Source: Nemertoderma westbladi (lineage: Eukaryota; Animalia; Xenacoelomorpha). Taken from it: a stretch of DNA of 64,000 nucleotides. Every line of letters starts with the position of its first letter. Position 1 is the first letter of the stretch. Location: positions 13,587 through 77,586 of the forward strand of contig JAUCBJ010005891.1 of the NCBI GenBank assembly GCA_032718475.1, written 5' to 3'. The notes beneath the pieces were generated by a model, which made no database searches, was not told the origin of the DNA, and saw only the letters and a list, made by a program, of their open reading frames with translations. Position numbers and translations under genes: made by a program. This document shows positions 26,398 through 37,600 of the stretch, piece after piece.

Positions 26398-27395
26398 GCT
26401 GTTATTATTATTAATCAATTGACACCTCGACTCCTCTCTGACTACTCTATCCGATAGAACAAAATAATCATTTCGCTAACTGTTCTCTATCTTCTATAAT
26501 CACAACAGATTTTATAATTCATTAGACGCCCATGTGAAGAATACCAGGATTTCACTTTTCGGTCGACTTTTTATTGGAATTTTATATATGAATATTTTTT
26601 ATTTTTTTTAATTTATCTTTATTAATATTTTATAGCGCTTATTTCTGTCTTATAACCTGTACATATACTAATTCGTTCATTGTTTTGGTTAGATTAAGCC
26701 CTTCTGTAACCTGTGTTTTTGGTGAAAACCTGGTATTGTTCACATGGGGGTAACTGCAAAGTGAAATATAACGGTAGAAAGTCTGGTATTCTTCACATGG
26801 GGGTAACTGCAAAATGAAATATAACGGTAGAAAATCTGGTATTCTTCACATGGGGGTAACTGCAAAGTGAAATATAACGGTAGAAAGTCTGGTATTCTTC
26901 ACATGGGCCAAGAAATAAATTTAATTTGTTTCGACATAAATTTTTAAAGTAATTGAATTTTAAACTTGGTCCGTCGTATTGAATATAATTATAACATTGA
27001 AAGTATGTAGGCCCTCCTACAGAAACTATTTATTTTATTCTCTAAAATAATTAACTGGCGATCAAAATAGTATGTTAAAACAAATTAAATTTTTTATATT
27101 TTTTTTAAACCAAATAAAATCATTTATAATTCTTTCAATCTTTCTATCTGGCACAAACTATTAAGCTACTAATTTCAAGCGAATAATCACAGTCGTACTT
27201 TACCATTTGTTGTTTGCCAGTTGGCAATTAATTAAAGATGATTTAAATGCAATTCTAAGAAATTCAATTCTAAGAAGTCCTCGTCCGACTAACAGTTAGC
27301 ATTTAGCTACCAGTTATCTAGGGTAGCGTCTTGGAGACTAAATTAATCGAATTAATCTCCGAATCAATATCCGCAGCTTCTTAAGTGACAGTTAA

Positions 27396-28490
27396 TGTGG
27401 GGCCAGCCACGAAGTTGGTGGAGCCTTAGGGAACTGACACTGTTTGGGGGTGGTGGGTCAATGGAAATGTTGTCGATACGATTTTGACATGCTAATAACT
27501 TTGTTGGATTTAGACAAATCGAGGTGAAAATTTGTAGGCATTAATAGGACCAAAAGTTGAAATTTTTGTTGTGGTGAGGTGAGGTGAGGTGAGGTGAGGT
27601 GAGGTGAGGTGAGGTGAGGTGAGGTGAGGTGAGGTGAGGTGAGGTGAGGTGAGGTGAGGTGAGGTGAGGTGAGGTGAGGTGAGGTGAGGTGAGGTGAGGT
27701 GAGGTGAGGTGAGGTGAGGTGAGGTGAGGTGAGGTGAGGTGAGGTGAGGTGAGGTGAGGTGAGGTGAGGTGAGGTGAGGTGAGGTGAGGTGAGGTGAGGT
27801 GAGGTGAGGTGAGGTGAGGTGAGGTGAGGTGAGGTGAGGTGAGGTGAGGTGAGGTGAGGTGAGGTGAGGTGAGGGAGTGAGTGAGTGAGCAAATTTCAAT
27901 CGGTTCTAACGATCTTCATAATTTTAGACCATCGATGCTTAGGTCAAATGCAAGGTCACTCGCAAATTTTCAGACCTCAGGGGTGCGTGGTCTACGAATT
28001 TGACAACCTGATTGGCCGTAACTGAAACTCGGTAACTCTCGACTAGAAGTAAACGAAACTCGTACATACTATCTAAGAACATCCCTCGCCTTAGTCACAA
28101 CACCCTGGGTGGCCACGACCCTTTTGGGCCGTGGGTCCAGGATTGGGGACACTCTGATTGGTCAAAACTGAAACTCGATAAATCTCGACCAGAATTAATC
28201 GAAACTCGTCTATACTCACTAGGAATCCCTCACCTTAGTCTCAACTCAATTGAGTCACAATTCACATGACGGTGGGAGAAAGATTTCCACATAATTTCGT
28301 ACCTTCGTCCTGGTCATTTGGACCTTATATATAACAAGCCCCTGTTAGTCAGTTTCAGTATGTCGTTACCTTTAATTATCATTGGGAATTTCGTCATGAG
28401 ATGATAAACAACTAATGTTTCTTGACTTTGGCCCCTACTAACTTTGTATTCTGTAAAGTACAGTTCTTGGCCGTACACGAAGGCCCCACA
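27396..28490 (+). mobile_element. Helentron/HINE (DINE-1)-like non-autonomous element carrying a (GAGGT)n microsatellite
   Basis: Shares the TGTGGGGC-AGCCACGAAGTTGG-GGAGCCTTAG start and GAAGGCCCCAC end with 31189-33094; (GAGGT)n at 27572-27873. Confidence 0.55.
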
Positions 28491-28801
28491 CACCCAGGAC
28501 GAAGGTCCGAATGGGGCGAAGGTTCGAACAGGATGTAGGCAATGTTGTGCACCTTGCACAGCATCCTGGAATTGGTATATATGTACCGTATTGAGACCTA
28601 GTGTCTTCAGCAGTTAGACCCCGGCAGGGCTGCCATAGAGCAGCACATGCTCGCTCCACTGCTGCACGGAAAAGGCATATATCTTAAAAAAGCATGAGAT
28701 ATCACTCCCTCCCAGATCCTGGATAGCTTGTGGATGAATGGTGATCAAAAAATGGAAAAAAGTAACCAATTACCTAATATTATTTGTATTTCTTTCTCCA
28801 G

Positions 28802-28994
28802 TATTGTTACTGATAAGACGCCTGATCTCTAAATGTCAGCTGATTCGCAACCAACTTAACGAACGTAGCGACATACCGGATCAGTTTGATCGCGACTTTG
28901 TTCTCCATACCAACCGAGCTGACATGCTCGCATTCTCCTGCTCTCTCATCCATCTACTTTCGATAATTACCACAATACTACATCAGTTTGACAG
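28802..28994 (+). CDS. DCTN1: DCTN1 exon
   Basis: ctccag|VLLLIRRLISKCQLIRNQL...LHQFD|gtaaat; compare p150 VLLLMPRLICKAELIRKQ. Confidence 0.92.
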
Positions 28995-29773
28995 GTAAAT
29001 ATTCAATTTAAATAGGTGGCTGATAATTTATGCAGTATGATCGCGTAATTGGTTTCAGTTTTATTTTTCACGGTACAATACTTTATGCATTCATTTTATT
29101 GGTCAATATAACGATTGTTATAATAACTAAATTAAATGGATTTTTTCGCTTAATGTTTGTCACTAAAATACTAGTGGCGTGCAAGCACGCGGGATGTAAA
29201 TCTTCACCATCACCATTACTACACAACACAGACAGATACCATCAGCTGAAACAAAAATACATACGTTTCCCTCTTATGATTATAATTACACCAATTATTG
29301 TAGTACTACAGTTGAAGGCCTACATTATTACTAAAATTCATTCACCTGGAATTAGTAATAATTCTCATTCGCCCATACCTTTACTGATAAGGCCATCAGC
29401 TGTATGAAATATTTAACACACACTAATGCTACCCTATGAAGAATTTCAAGTTTGTAAGGGAGTGGTGTTTAGGAAGTAGGGCCTAAGCAAACAGTATGGG
29501 TGTACTAAGTACAATAATCTTGGCAACCTCATCGATTTATACTAAGCCTGTGTATAAATCCTTTACATAAGCCATTTTTCATCACGACACCAGCTGTTAT
29601 TGGTATTATTTTACCATTGCGTCAATGGCACTTTTCGTTTATTTAATTTTTTGCAAAAACTAATTACTGTATTTTTCTGAAAATTGCTTTATACACCCAT
29701 TCAGACCATACACTACAGGAGGGTAAAAAACAACACAATTGACCGGATAGTTTCGGAGCCTTTCGTGTAAAAA

Positions 29774-29809
<36 letters not shown>

Positions 29810-30106
29810 GCAAACAGACAGACAGACAAACAGACATATTTTCTTACAGTAAGTAATTCTGAGGATTTACAAATAATTATATGGTCCTCCACTCAAATAT
29901 ATTAATTATCACTAAAATGTATCAAGAATCACGTGCTCAGTGTAACCTGCTACTTTCCCATTTAATGATTATTAATAGATTTTAGTGATAATTATTATTA
30001 ATGTGTAGTGGAAACTGAATAATTTAATGAATTTCCTGTTAAATATTAGTGAAATATTCTTATTTTTAGTAGGACGATAAATGACCGACTTCATTCTATA
30101 TTTTAG

Positions 30107-30275
30107 GGCGTTAAAGTCTTGCAATACCGACAAGTACATGAAATTAGGTGCGATGTACCCCGAGATGGCCGTTCACGAACATTCATTGGACAGTATTATA
30201 GAGAGTCTAAGAAAAGAGCAGTTTGACGATTCCTTGAAAATAGAGCCAATTCACAAAGCAATTGCTTTCTACCAG
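30107..30275 (+). CDS. DCTN1: DCTN1 exon
   Basis: ALKSCNTDKYMKLGAMYPEMAVHEHSLDSIIESLRKEQFDD...IHKAIAFYQ|gtgaac. Confidence 0.93.
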
Positions 30276-30535
30276 GTGAACCTAAACATTAAACTATGCA
30301 TTAATAAAAGCATTGTAAACAACCTTATACCTATAATTGATACGTAATTCATAAAGTAAGTAGTCGGTACAGTCGGTAAAGCTAAATAATTGCTATCACT
30401 ACCTGCCTAAAAAAGTAAACCTTCCAATTTTAAATACTGAAACTTTATCAGAGTATAATGATATATATTTTAATATATCTGTATATTTTTTCATGTAATA
30501 TATTATATTTCACGAAACTATCGTATTTCCCGCAG

Positions 30536-30751
30536 CATTTATACAACGTGCAACTGGTTGCTGAGGAACGCGATTGCACTGCAGCACTGGCGGACCACGT
30601 GGGTCTATCTAACGCGTCCACCGACTGTCTTGTTGTCGATTGTCGGAGAGTCGCCGCTATTGTACAGGACGACAACGAATCGACGGATACCCGACAATTC
30701 CTACGGGACTGTCAGCTGTTCGCCACAGATACAAAGGAGTTCTCTAGGAAG
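30536..30751 (+). CDS. DCTN1: DCTN1 exon
   Basis: cgcag|HLYNVQLVAEERDCTAALADH...TKEFSRK|gtagga. Confidence 0.92.
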
Positions 30752-31188
30752 GTAGGAGGTTTCTTTAGGTTATATTGTTATCGTCACTTTTAACTACTGT
30801 AGTGTTATAGGCTACAAGTCACATTAGCTTGAACTTGAATCTCGAGAAATAATTACACTGTCGGATATATAATTTCTTTGTTAACATGGCATTGAGGGTG
30901 GGGATGGGAGTGGGGGGGGGGGGGGGGTAACTTTATTTATTGAACTATAACAAATATACTTTATAATCTCCTATTAGGCTTATTTATAATTATTTAAATT
31001 TATTTTATTTCCGTTTTGCTAACGAAAATCAACTCCATGTCTGAGGGTTAGGTTTGTACGCCATCTGTCGTTAGTTCAAGGATTACCTTATTAATGTTCT
31101 CCATTTAGTGTTCATTTGAAGTATTCCATATTAATGTTATCCATCTATCGTCTAATTGAGGAATCTATTACAACACTCAATGTGTCAT

Positions 31189-33094
31189 TGTGGGGCGAGC
31201 CACGAAGTTGGCGGAGCCTTAGCGAATTGACACTGTTAGGGGGTGGGTCAATTTATGCAAATAGTTGTCGTCGTCGTCGTCGTCGTCGTTGTCGTCGTCG
31301 TTGTCGTCGTCGTTACGATTTTGACATGCTAATAACTTTGTCGGATTTAAAGCTGCCAAGTTGAAAATTTGTAGGTATCAATATGAGCAAAAGTTGAGAT
31401 TTTTGAGAGACTTTCAGACACCATCAGTGCAATGGTCTCCCGCTAGAGGGCCACATGTCTAAACATTAAATGCCCTCCCATTTCTTTGCTTTTAATCCGT
31501 TTAAGCTGAAACTTGGCAGATATGTATTAGACCATTAGCTGTGACTTTCAAAGGAGGCGAATCCATCTGCAGTTCTCCAGTCTGCCGCTAGAGGGCCAAA
31601 GGTCTGAAAGTGAAATCGTTGTCGTCGTTACGATTTTGACATGCTAATAACTTTGTCGGATTTAAAGCTGCCAAGTTGAAAATTTGTAGGTATCAATATG
31701 AGCAAAAGTTGAGATGTTTGAGAGACTTTCAGACACCATCAGTGCAATGGTCTCCCGCTAGAGGGCCACATGTCTAAACATTAAATGCCCTCCCATTTCT
31801 TTGCTTTTAATCCGTTTAAGCTGAAACTTGGCAGATATGTATTAGACCATTAGCTGTGACTTTCAAAGGAGGCGAATCCATCTGCAGTTCTCCAGTCTGC
31901 CGCTAGAGGGCCAAAGGTCTGAAAGTGAAATCGTTGTCGTCGTTACGATTTTGACATGCTAATAACTTTGTCGGATTTAAAGCTGCCAAGTTGTAAATTT
32001 GTAGGTATCAATATGAGCTAAAGTTGAGATTTTTGAGAGACTTTCAGACACCATCAGTGCTATGGTCTCCCGCTAGAGGGCCACATGTCTAAACATTAAA
32101 TGCCCTCCCATTTCTTTGCTTTTAATCCGTTTAAGCTGAAACTTGGCAGATATGTATTAGACCATTAGCTGTGACTTTCAAAGGAGGCGAATCCATCTGC
32201 AGTTCTCCAGTCTGCCGCTAGAGGGCCAAATGTCTGAAAGTGAAATCGTTGTCGTCGTTATGATATTGACATGCTTATAACTTTGTCGAATTTAAAGCTG
32301 CCAAGTTGAAAATTTGTTTTGTTGAAAATCAGTTCAACAGTCACCCGCTATAGGACTACTTTATGCCTGAAAGTGAATAGATTCTCCCGTCTCATATGCC
32401 CTCCCATTTCTTTGCTTTTAATCCGTTTAAGCTGAAACTTGGCAGATATGTATTAGACCATTAGCTGTGACTTTCAAAGGAGGCGAATCCATCTGCAGTT
32501 CTCCAGTCTGCCGCTAGAGGGCCAAATGTCTGAAAGTGAAATCGTTGTCGTCGTTATGATATTGACATGCTTATAACTTTGTCGAATTTAAAGCTGCCAA
32601 GTTGAAAATTTGTTTTGTTGAAAATCAGTTCAACAGTCACCCGCTATAGGACTACTTTATGCCTGAAAGTGAATAGATTCTCCCGTCTCATTGATTTTAA
32701 TCAGTTTAAGCTGAATCTTGCCATATATTCTGGACCACATGCTGCGTCTTTGTGGGGGGGGGGGGGGGGGGGAGATTTAATCGGTCTGCCGCTATACGAC
32801 GAAATTTCTGAAAGTGAGATCCGTCTCTCATTTCGTTATCCGTTATTCAAGATGAAACTTGGCCGATGTACGTATGTACTATTCATCCATAGGCTGTGTC
32901 TTTGTGGGGCTGGAGACCCTAATCCATCTTCAGTTCTCACTATACCGCTAGAGTCAGAAATGTCTGAATAGAAATGAAAGAGGTAAAAAGTGATTAGGCG
33001 AAATCTGCTTAAAATTTGCTAATACAGTAATACTTTCGAATTAGTACTTAAATTAAATTTAAGTCACGTGCTGCGCGAAGGCCCCACTTCGTGT
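31189..33094 (+). mobile_element. Helentron/HINE-like element with (GTC)n microsatellite and 315-bp internal tandem repeats
   Basis: TGTGGGGCGAGCCACGAAG start, (GTC)n at 31267-31312, about 4 units of 315 bp, CGTGCTGCGCGAAGGCCCCACTTCGTGT end. Confidence 0.65.
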
Positions 33095-34285
33095 ATTTAA
33101 CGTTAACCAGCGCTGCCATTGTAGGCATAGATACGTGTTAAACAACCCGGTTTCGTTTTATTTACGTCAGAAAAATGTATTTGTGTAGCTTTATTGTTTT
33201 TTTCTCATAAAATTCTGAAATCTTAAATATGCAATATTGGCCTTTCTGAGATAGAATTTTCTTGAAAATCCTTATAATTGTAAATGTTTGATTCAAGTTT
33301 TTTCGTTGTAATCATTTACGCTGTACAGAACCTGCCGAAACTTTTTTCATTACTAATTTTTAACCTGGGGGATGTTTCCGAAGTTTATAATAACTTCGTG
33401 GTAATAAATTTGCGTAAAAATGACTTTGGATGTACAATAATTATAAAAATGCAGGGACCCCACATTGTGTAGCTGTCAGCATACCTGAACGGTTACGACA
33501 CGAGTTCGATCCCAGCTGGTGGTGAATTCATTGTTTCGCTAGTATTATTGCTATAGAGTTGTCGCCAAAGTTATTGTTTTTTTTTCATTTATATTTATTT
33601 AATCTAAGTATATTAAAAAATATCGTGACCAGTCAGAACAACATATACGAAATGCAAATGACCCAAGAACGCATTATGCATCATTTTACAAAAGCAATTC
33701 ATTGAAATTGTGTGGGTCTCTGTGACAAAATCCTGGAGGCAAAACAGCAGCTAAATAATAATGTTAATTTTCATGTGTTGTTTGGCCACTCTGAAAAATA
33801 ACAAATAAAATAATTGTTCATTATAAAATTATCTAACCGTGGCCCCATTTTATAATTACTCATTATTTCTTCCCGCAACTCTGTGCAAAAAATTATAATC
33901 CACCCACACTGAGGCTAATGAGTTAGTTATTCTCGATTCTACTGTGTATGGTTATTTGTAATACCGAGTAACCGTAAACCTTAGATAGAAAAAGGTTGCA
34001 ACAACATTATTGAAGCTTTACAATATTATTTATTACAATAACATAATTATTAATATTTTTAATTAGTTTTACACTGACGAACTCATTTGCGTATGTTTCT
34101 GTACTTTTTATAGACTTTATCTGTTAACAAATAATGTTTCTCTATAGTTTGTTTCTATTTCTAACTGCAGACTGCCCCATATGTAGTATTAATTAATCGA
34201 CAATCATATAAAATAATATGATTTACTATTGGTTGTTTAGTTAACCTGTCGCAGTTGCTATAGTTACCTCCGTTCCATTCCCCAG

Positions 34286-34342
34286 ATTCGAAGACGCCTC
34301 CCCCAGAGGGAACAGATCGCTCCGCTTAACTTCAGCACCGCG
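34286..34342 (+). CDS. DCTN1: DCTN1 small exon (57 nt)
   Basis: cccag|IRRRLPQREQIAPLNFSTA|gtgagt; compare p150 IRRRMPG...LAFGPQ. Confidence 0.88.
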
Positions 34343-34490
34343 GTGAGTTAGCTGTTTCTATGGTAACCCTGTTTCTTATCTTATACTTTCTTACTTACAA
34401 ATTATTTCTGGATTCCTTACGCGATAATTTATAACATTTCATTAACAAACTGGAGTTCGTGACGAGTTCATACTGTATTTATTATCTTTT

Positions 34491-34630
34491 GGAGCGGGGT
34501 AGCTCAGTTGGTTTAGCGCCGGACCTGTAATCTATTGGTTGTAGGTTCGAGCCCCACCAGGGTCTACCGAGCCGTTAATTTTTATGGGGTCGATATAATG
34601 AGTACCAGTTAAATTACTGGGAGCAAAACT
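34491..34630 (+). mobile_element. tRNA-derived SINE head with a Nin/Deu-like central domain
   Basis: A box TAGCTCAGTTGG, B box GGTTCGAGCCC, then GGGGTCGATATAATGAGTACCAG resembling the recalled Nin/Deu conserved core. Confidence 0.65.
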
Positions 34631-34639
34631 TTGGATTGG

Positions 34640-37600
34640 AGAAGCGCCCACCCCTACCTTCGTGTATCAGATAGGAGTAGCGCCCACCCCTACCTTCGGG
34701 TAGCAGATAGGAGTAGCACCCACCCCTACCTTCGTGTATCAGATAGGAGTAGCGCCCACCCCTACCTTCGGGTAGCAGATAGGAGTAGCACCCACCCCTA
34801 CCTTCGTGTATCAGATAGGAGTAGCGCCCACCCCTACCTTCGGGTAGCAGATAGGAGTAGCGCCCACCCCTACTTTCGGGTAGCAGATAGGAGTAGCGCC
34901 CAACCCTACCTTCGGGTAGCAGATAGGAGTAGCGCCCACCCCTACCTTCGGGTAGCAGATAGGAGTAGCGCCCACCCCTACCTTCGAGTAGCAGATAGGA
35001 GTAGCGCCCACCCCTACCTTCGGGTAGCAGATAGGAGTAGCGCCCACCCCTACTTTCGGGTAGCAGATAGGAGTAGCGCCCAACCCTACCTTTGGGTAGC
35101 AGATAGGAGTAGCGCCCACCCCTACCTTCGGGTAGCAAATAGGAGTAGCGCCCACCCCTACCTTCGAGTAGCAGATAGGAGTAGCGCCCACCCCTACCTT
35201 AGCGTAGCAGATAGGAGTAGCGCCCACCCCTACTTTCGGGTAGCAGATAGGAGTAGCGCCCAACCCTACCTTCGGGTAGCAGATAGGAGTAGCGCCCACC
35301 CCTACCTTCGGGTAGCAGATAGGAGAAGCGCCCACCCCTACCTTCGGGTATCAGATAGGAGTAGCGCCCACCCCTACCTTCGGGTAGCAGATAGGAGTAG
35401 CGCCCACCCCTACTTTCGGGTAGCAGATAGGAGTAGCGCCCAACCCTACCTTCGGGTAGCAGATAGGAGTAGCGCCCACCCCTACCTTCGGGTAGCAGAT
35501 AGGAGTAGCGCCCACCCCTACCTTCGAGTAGCAGATAGGAGTAGCGCCCACCCCTACCTTAGCGTAGCAGATAGGAGTAGCACCCACCCCTACCTTCGTG
35601 TATCAGATAGGAGTAGCGCCCATCCCTACCTTCGGGTAGCAGATAGGAGTAGCGCCCACCCCTACCTTCGGGTAGCAGATAGGAGTAGCGCCCACCCCTA
35701 CTTTCGGGTAGCAGATAGGTGTAGCGCCCACCCCTACCTTCGGGTAGCAGATAGGAGTAGCGCCCACCCATAACTTCGAGTAGCAGATAGGAGTAGCTCC
35801 CACCCCTACCTTCGGGTAGCAGATAGGAGTAGCGCCCACCCCTACCTTCGGGTAGCAGATAAGAGTAACGCCCACCCCTACCTTCGGGTAGCAGATAGGA
35901 GTAGCGCCCACCCCTACCTTCGGGTAGCAGATAGGAGTAGCGCCCACCCCTACCTTCGGGTAGCAGATAGGAGTAGCGCCCACCCCTACCTTCGGGTAGC
36001 AGATAAGAGTAACGCCCACCCCTACCTTCGGGTAGCAGATAGGAGTAGCGCCCAACCCTACCTTCGGGTTGCAGATAGGAGTAGCGCCACCCATACCCTC
36101 GGGTAGCAGATAGGAGTAGCACCCACCCCTACCTTCGGGTAGCAGATAAGAGTAACGCCCACCCCTACCTTCGGGTAGCAGATAGGAGTAGCGCCCACCC
36201 CTACCTTCGGGTAGCAGATAGGAGTAGCGCCCACCCCTACCTTCGGGTAGCAGATAGGAGTAGCGCCCACCCCTACCTTCGGGTAGCAGATAGGAGTAGC
36301 GCCCACCCCTACCTTCGGGTAGCAGATAAGAGTAACGCCCACCCCTACCTTCGGGTAGCAGATAGGAGTAGCGCCCACCCCTACCTTCGGGTAGCAGATA
36401 GGAGTAGCGCCCACCCCTACCTTCGGGTAGCAGATAAGAGTAACGCCCACCCCTACCTTCGGGTAGCAGATAGGAGTAGCGCCCAACCCTACCTTCGGGT
36501 TGCAGATAGGAGTAGCGCCCACCCCTACCTTCGGGTAGCAGATAGGAGTAGCGCCCACCCCTACCTTCGGGTAGCAGATAGGAGTAGCGCCCACCCCTAC
36601 CTTCGGGTAGCAGATAGGAGTAGCGCCCAACCCTACCTTCGGGTAGCAGATAGGAGTAGCGCCCACCCCTACCTTCGGGTAGCAGATAGGAGTAGCGCCC
36701 ACCCCTACCTTCGGGTTGCAGATAGGAGTAGCGCCACCCATACCCTCGGGTAGCAGATAGGAGTAGCGCCCACCCCTATCCTCGGGTAGCAGATAGGAGT
36801 AGCGCCCACCCCTACCTTCGGGTAGCAGATAGGAGTAGCGCCCACCCCTACCTTCGGGTAGCAGATAGGAGTAGCGCCACCCATACCCTCGGGTAGCAGA
36901 TAGGAGTAGCGCCCACCCCTACCTTCGGGTAGCAGATAGGAGTAGCGCCCACCCCTACCTTCGGGTAGCAGATAGGAGTAGCGCCCACCCCTACCTTCGG
37001 GTAGCAGATAGGAGTAGCGCCCACCCCTACCTTCGGGTAGCAGATAGGAGTAGCGCCCAACCCTACCTTCGGGTTGCAGATAGGAGTAGCGCCACCCATA
37101 CCCTCGGGTAGCAGATAGGAGTAGCGCCCACCCCTACCTTCGGGTAGCAGATAGGAGTAGCGCCCACCCCTACCTTCGGGTAGCAGATAGGAGTAGCGCC
37201 CAACCCTACCTTCGGGTTGCAGATAGGAGTAGCGCCACCCATACCCTCGGGTAGCAGATAGGAGTAGCGCCCACCCCTATCCTCGGGTAGCAGATAGGAG
37301 TAGCGCCCACCCCTACCTTCGGGTAGCAGATAGGAGTAGCTCCCACCCCTACCCTCGGGTAGCAGATAGGAGTAGCGCCCACCCCTACCTTAGCGTAGCA
37401 GATAGGAGTAGCACCCACCCCTACCCTCGGGTAGCAGATAGGAGTAGCGCCACCCATACCCTCGGGTAGCAGATAGGAGTAGCACCCACCCCTACCTTCG
37501 GGTAGCAGATAGGAGTAGCGCCCACCCCTACCCTTGGGAAGCAGATAGGAGTAGCGCCCACCCATACCTTCGGGTAGCAGATAGGAGTAGCGCCCACGCC

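Larger units (their letters stand above)
23924..26909. mobile_element. Foldback-like non-autonomous TIR element with 53-bp subterminal tandem repeats
   Basis: Left GGCCC-(CATGTGAAGAATACCAGACTTTCTACCGTTATATTTCACTTTGCAGTTACCCC)x5-6, mirrored as an inverted array at about 26705-26909 ending GGGCC. Confidence 0.75.

Noticed and set aside
34491-34570. Functional tRNA gene
   Set aside because: Acceptor and anticodon stems pair poorly and a SINE body follows; same for the B-box remnants near 25260 and 33505
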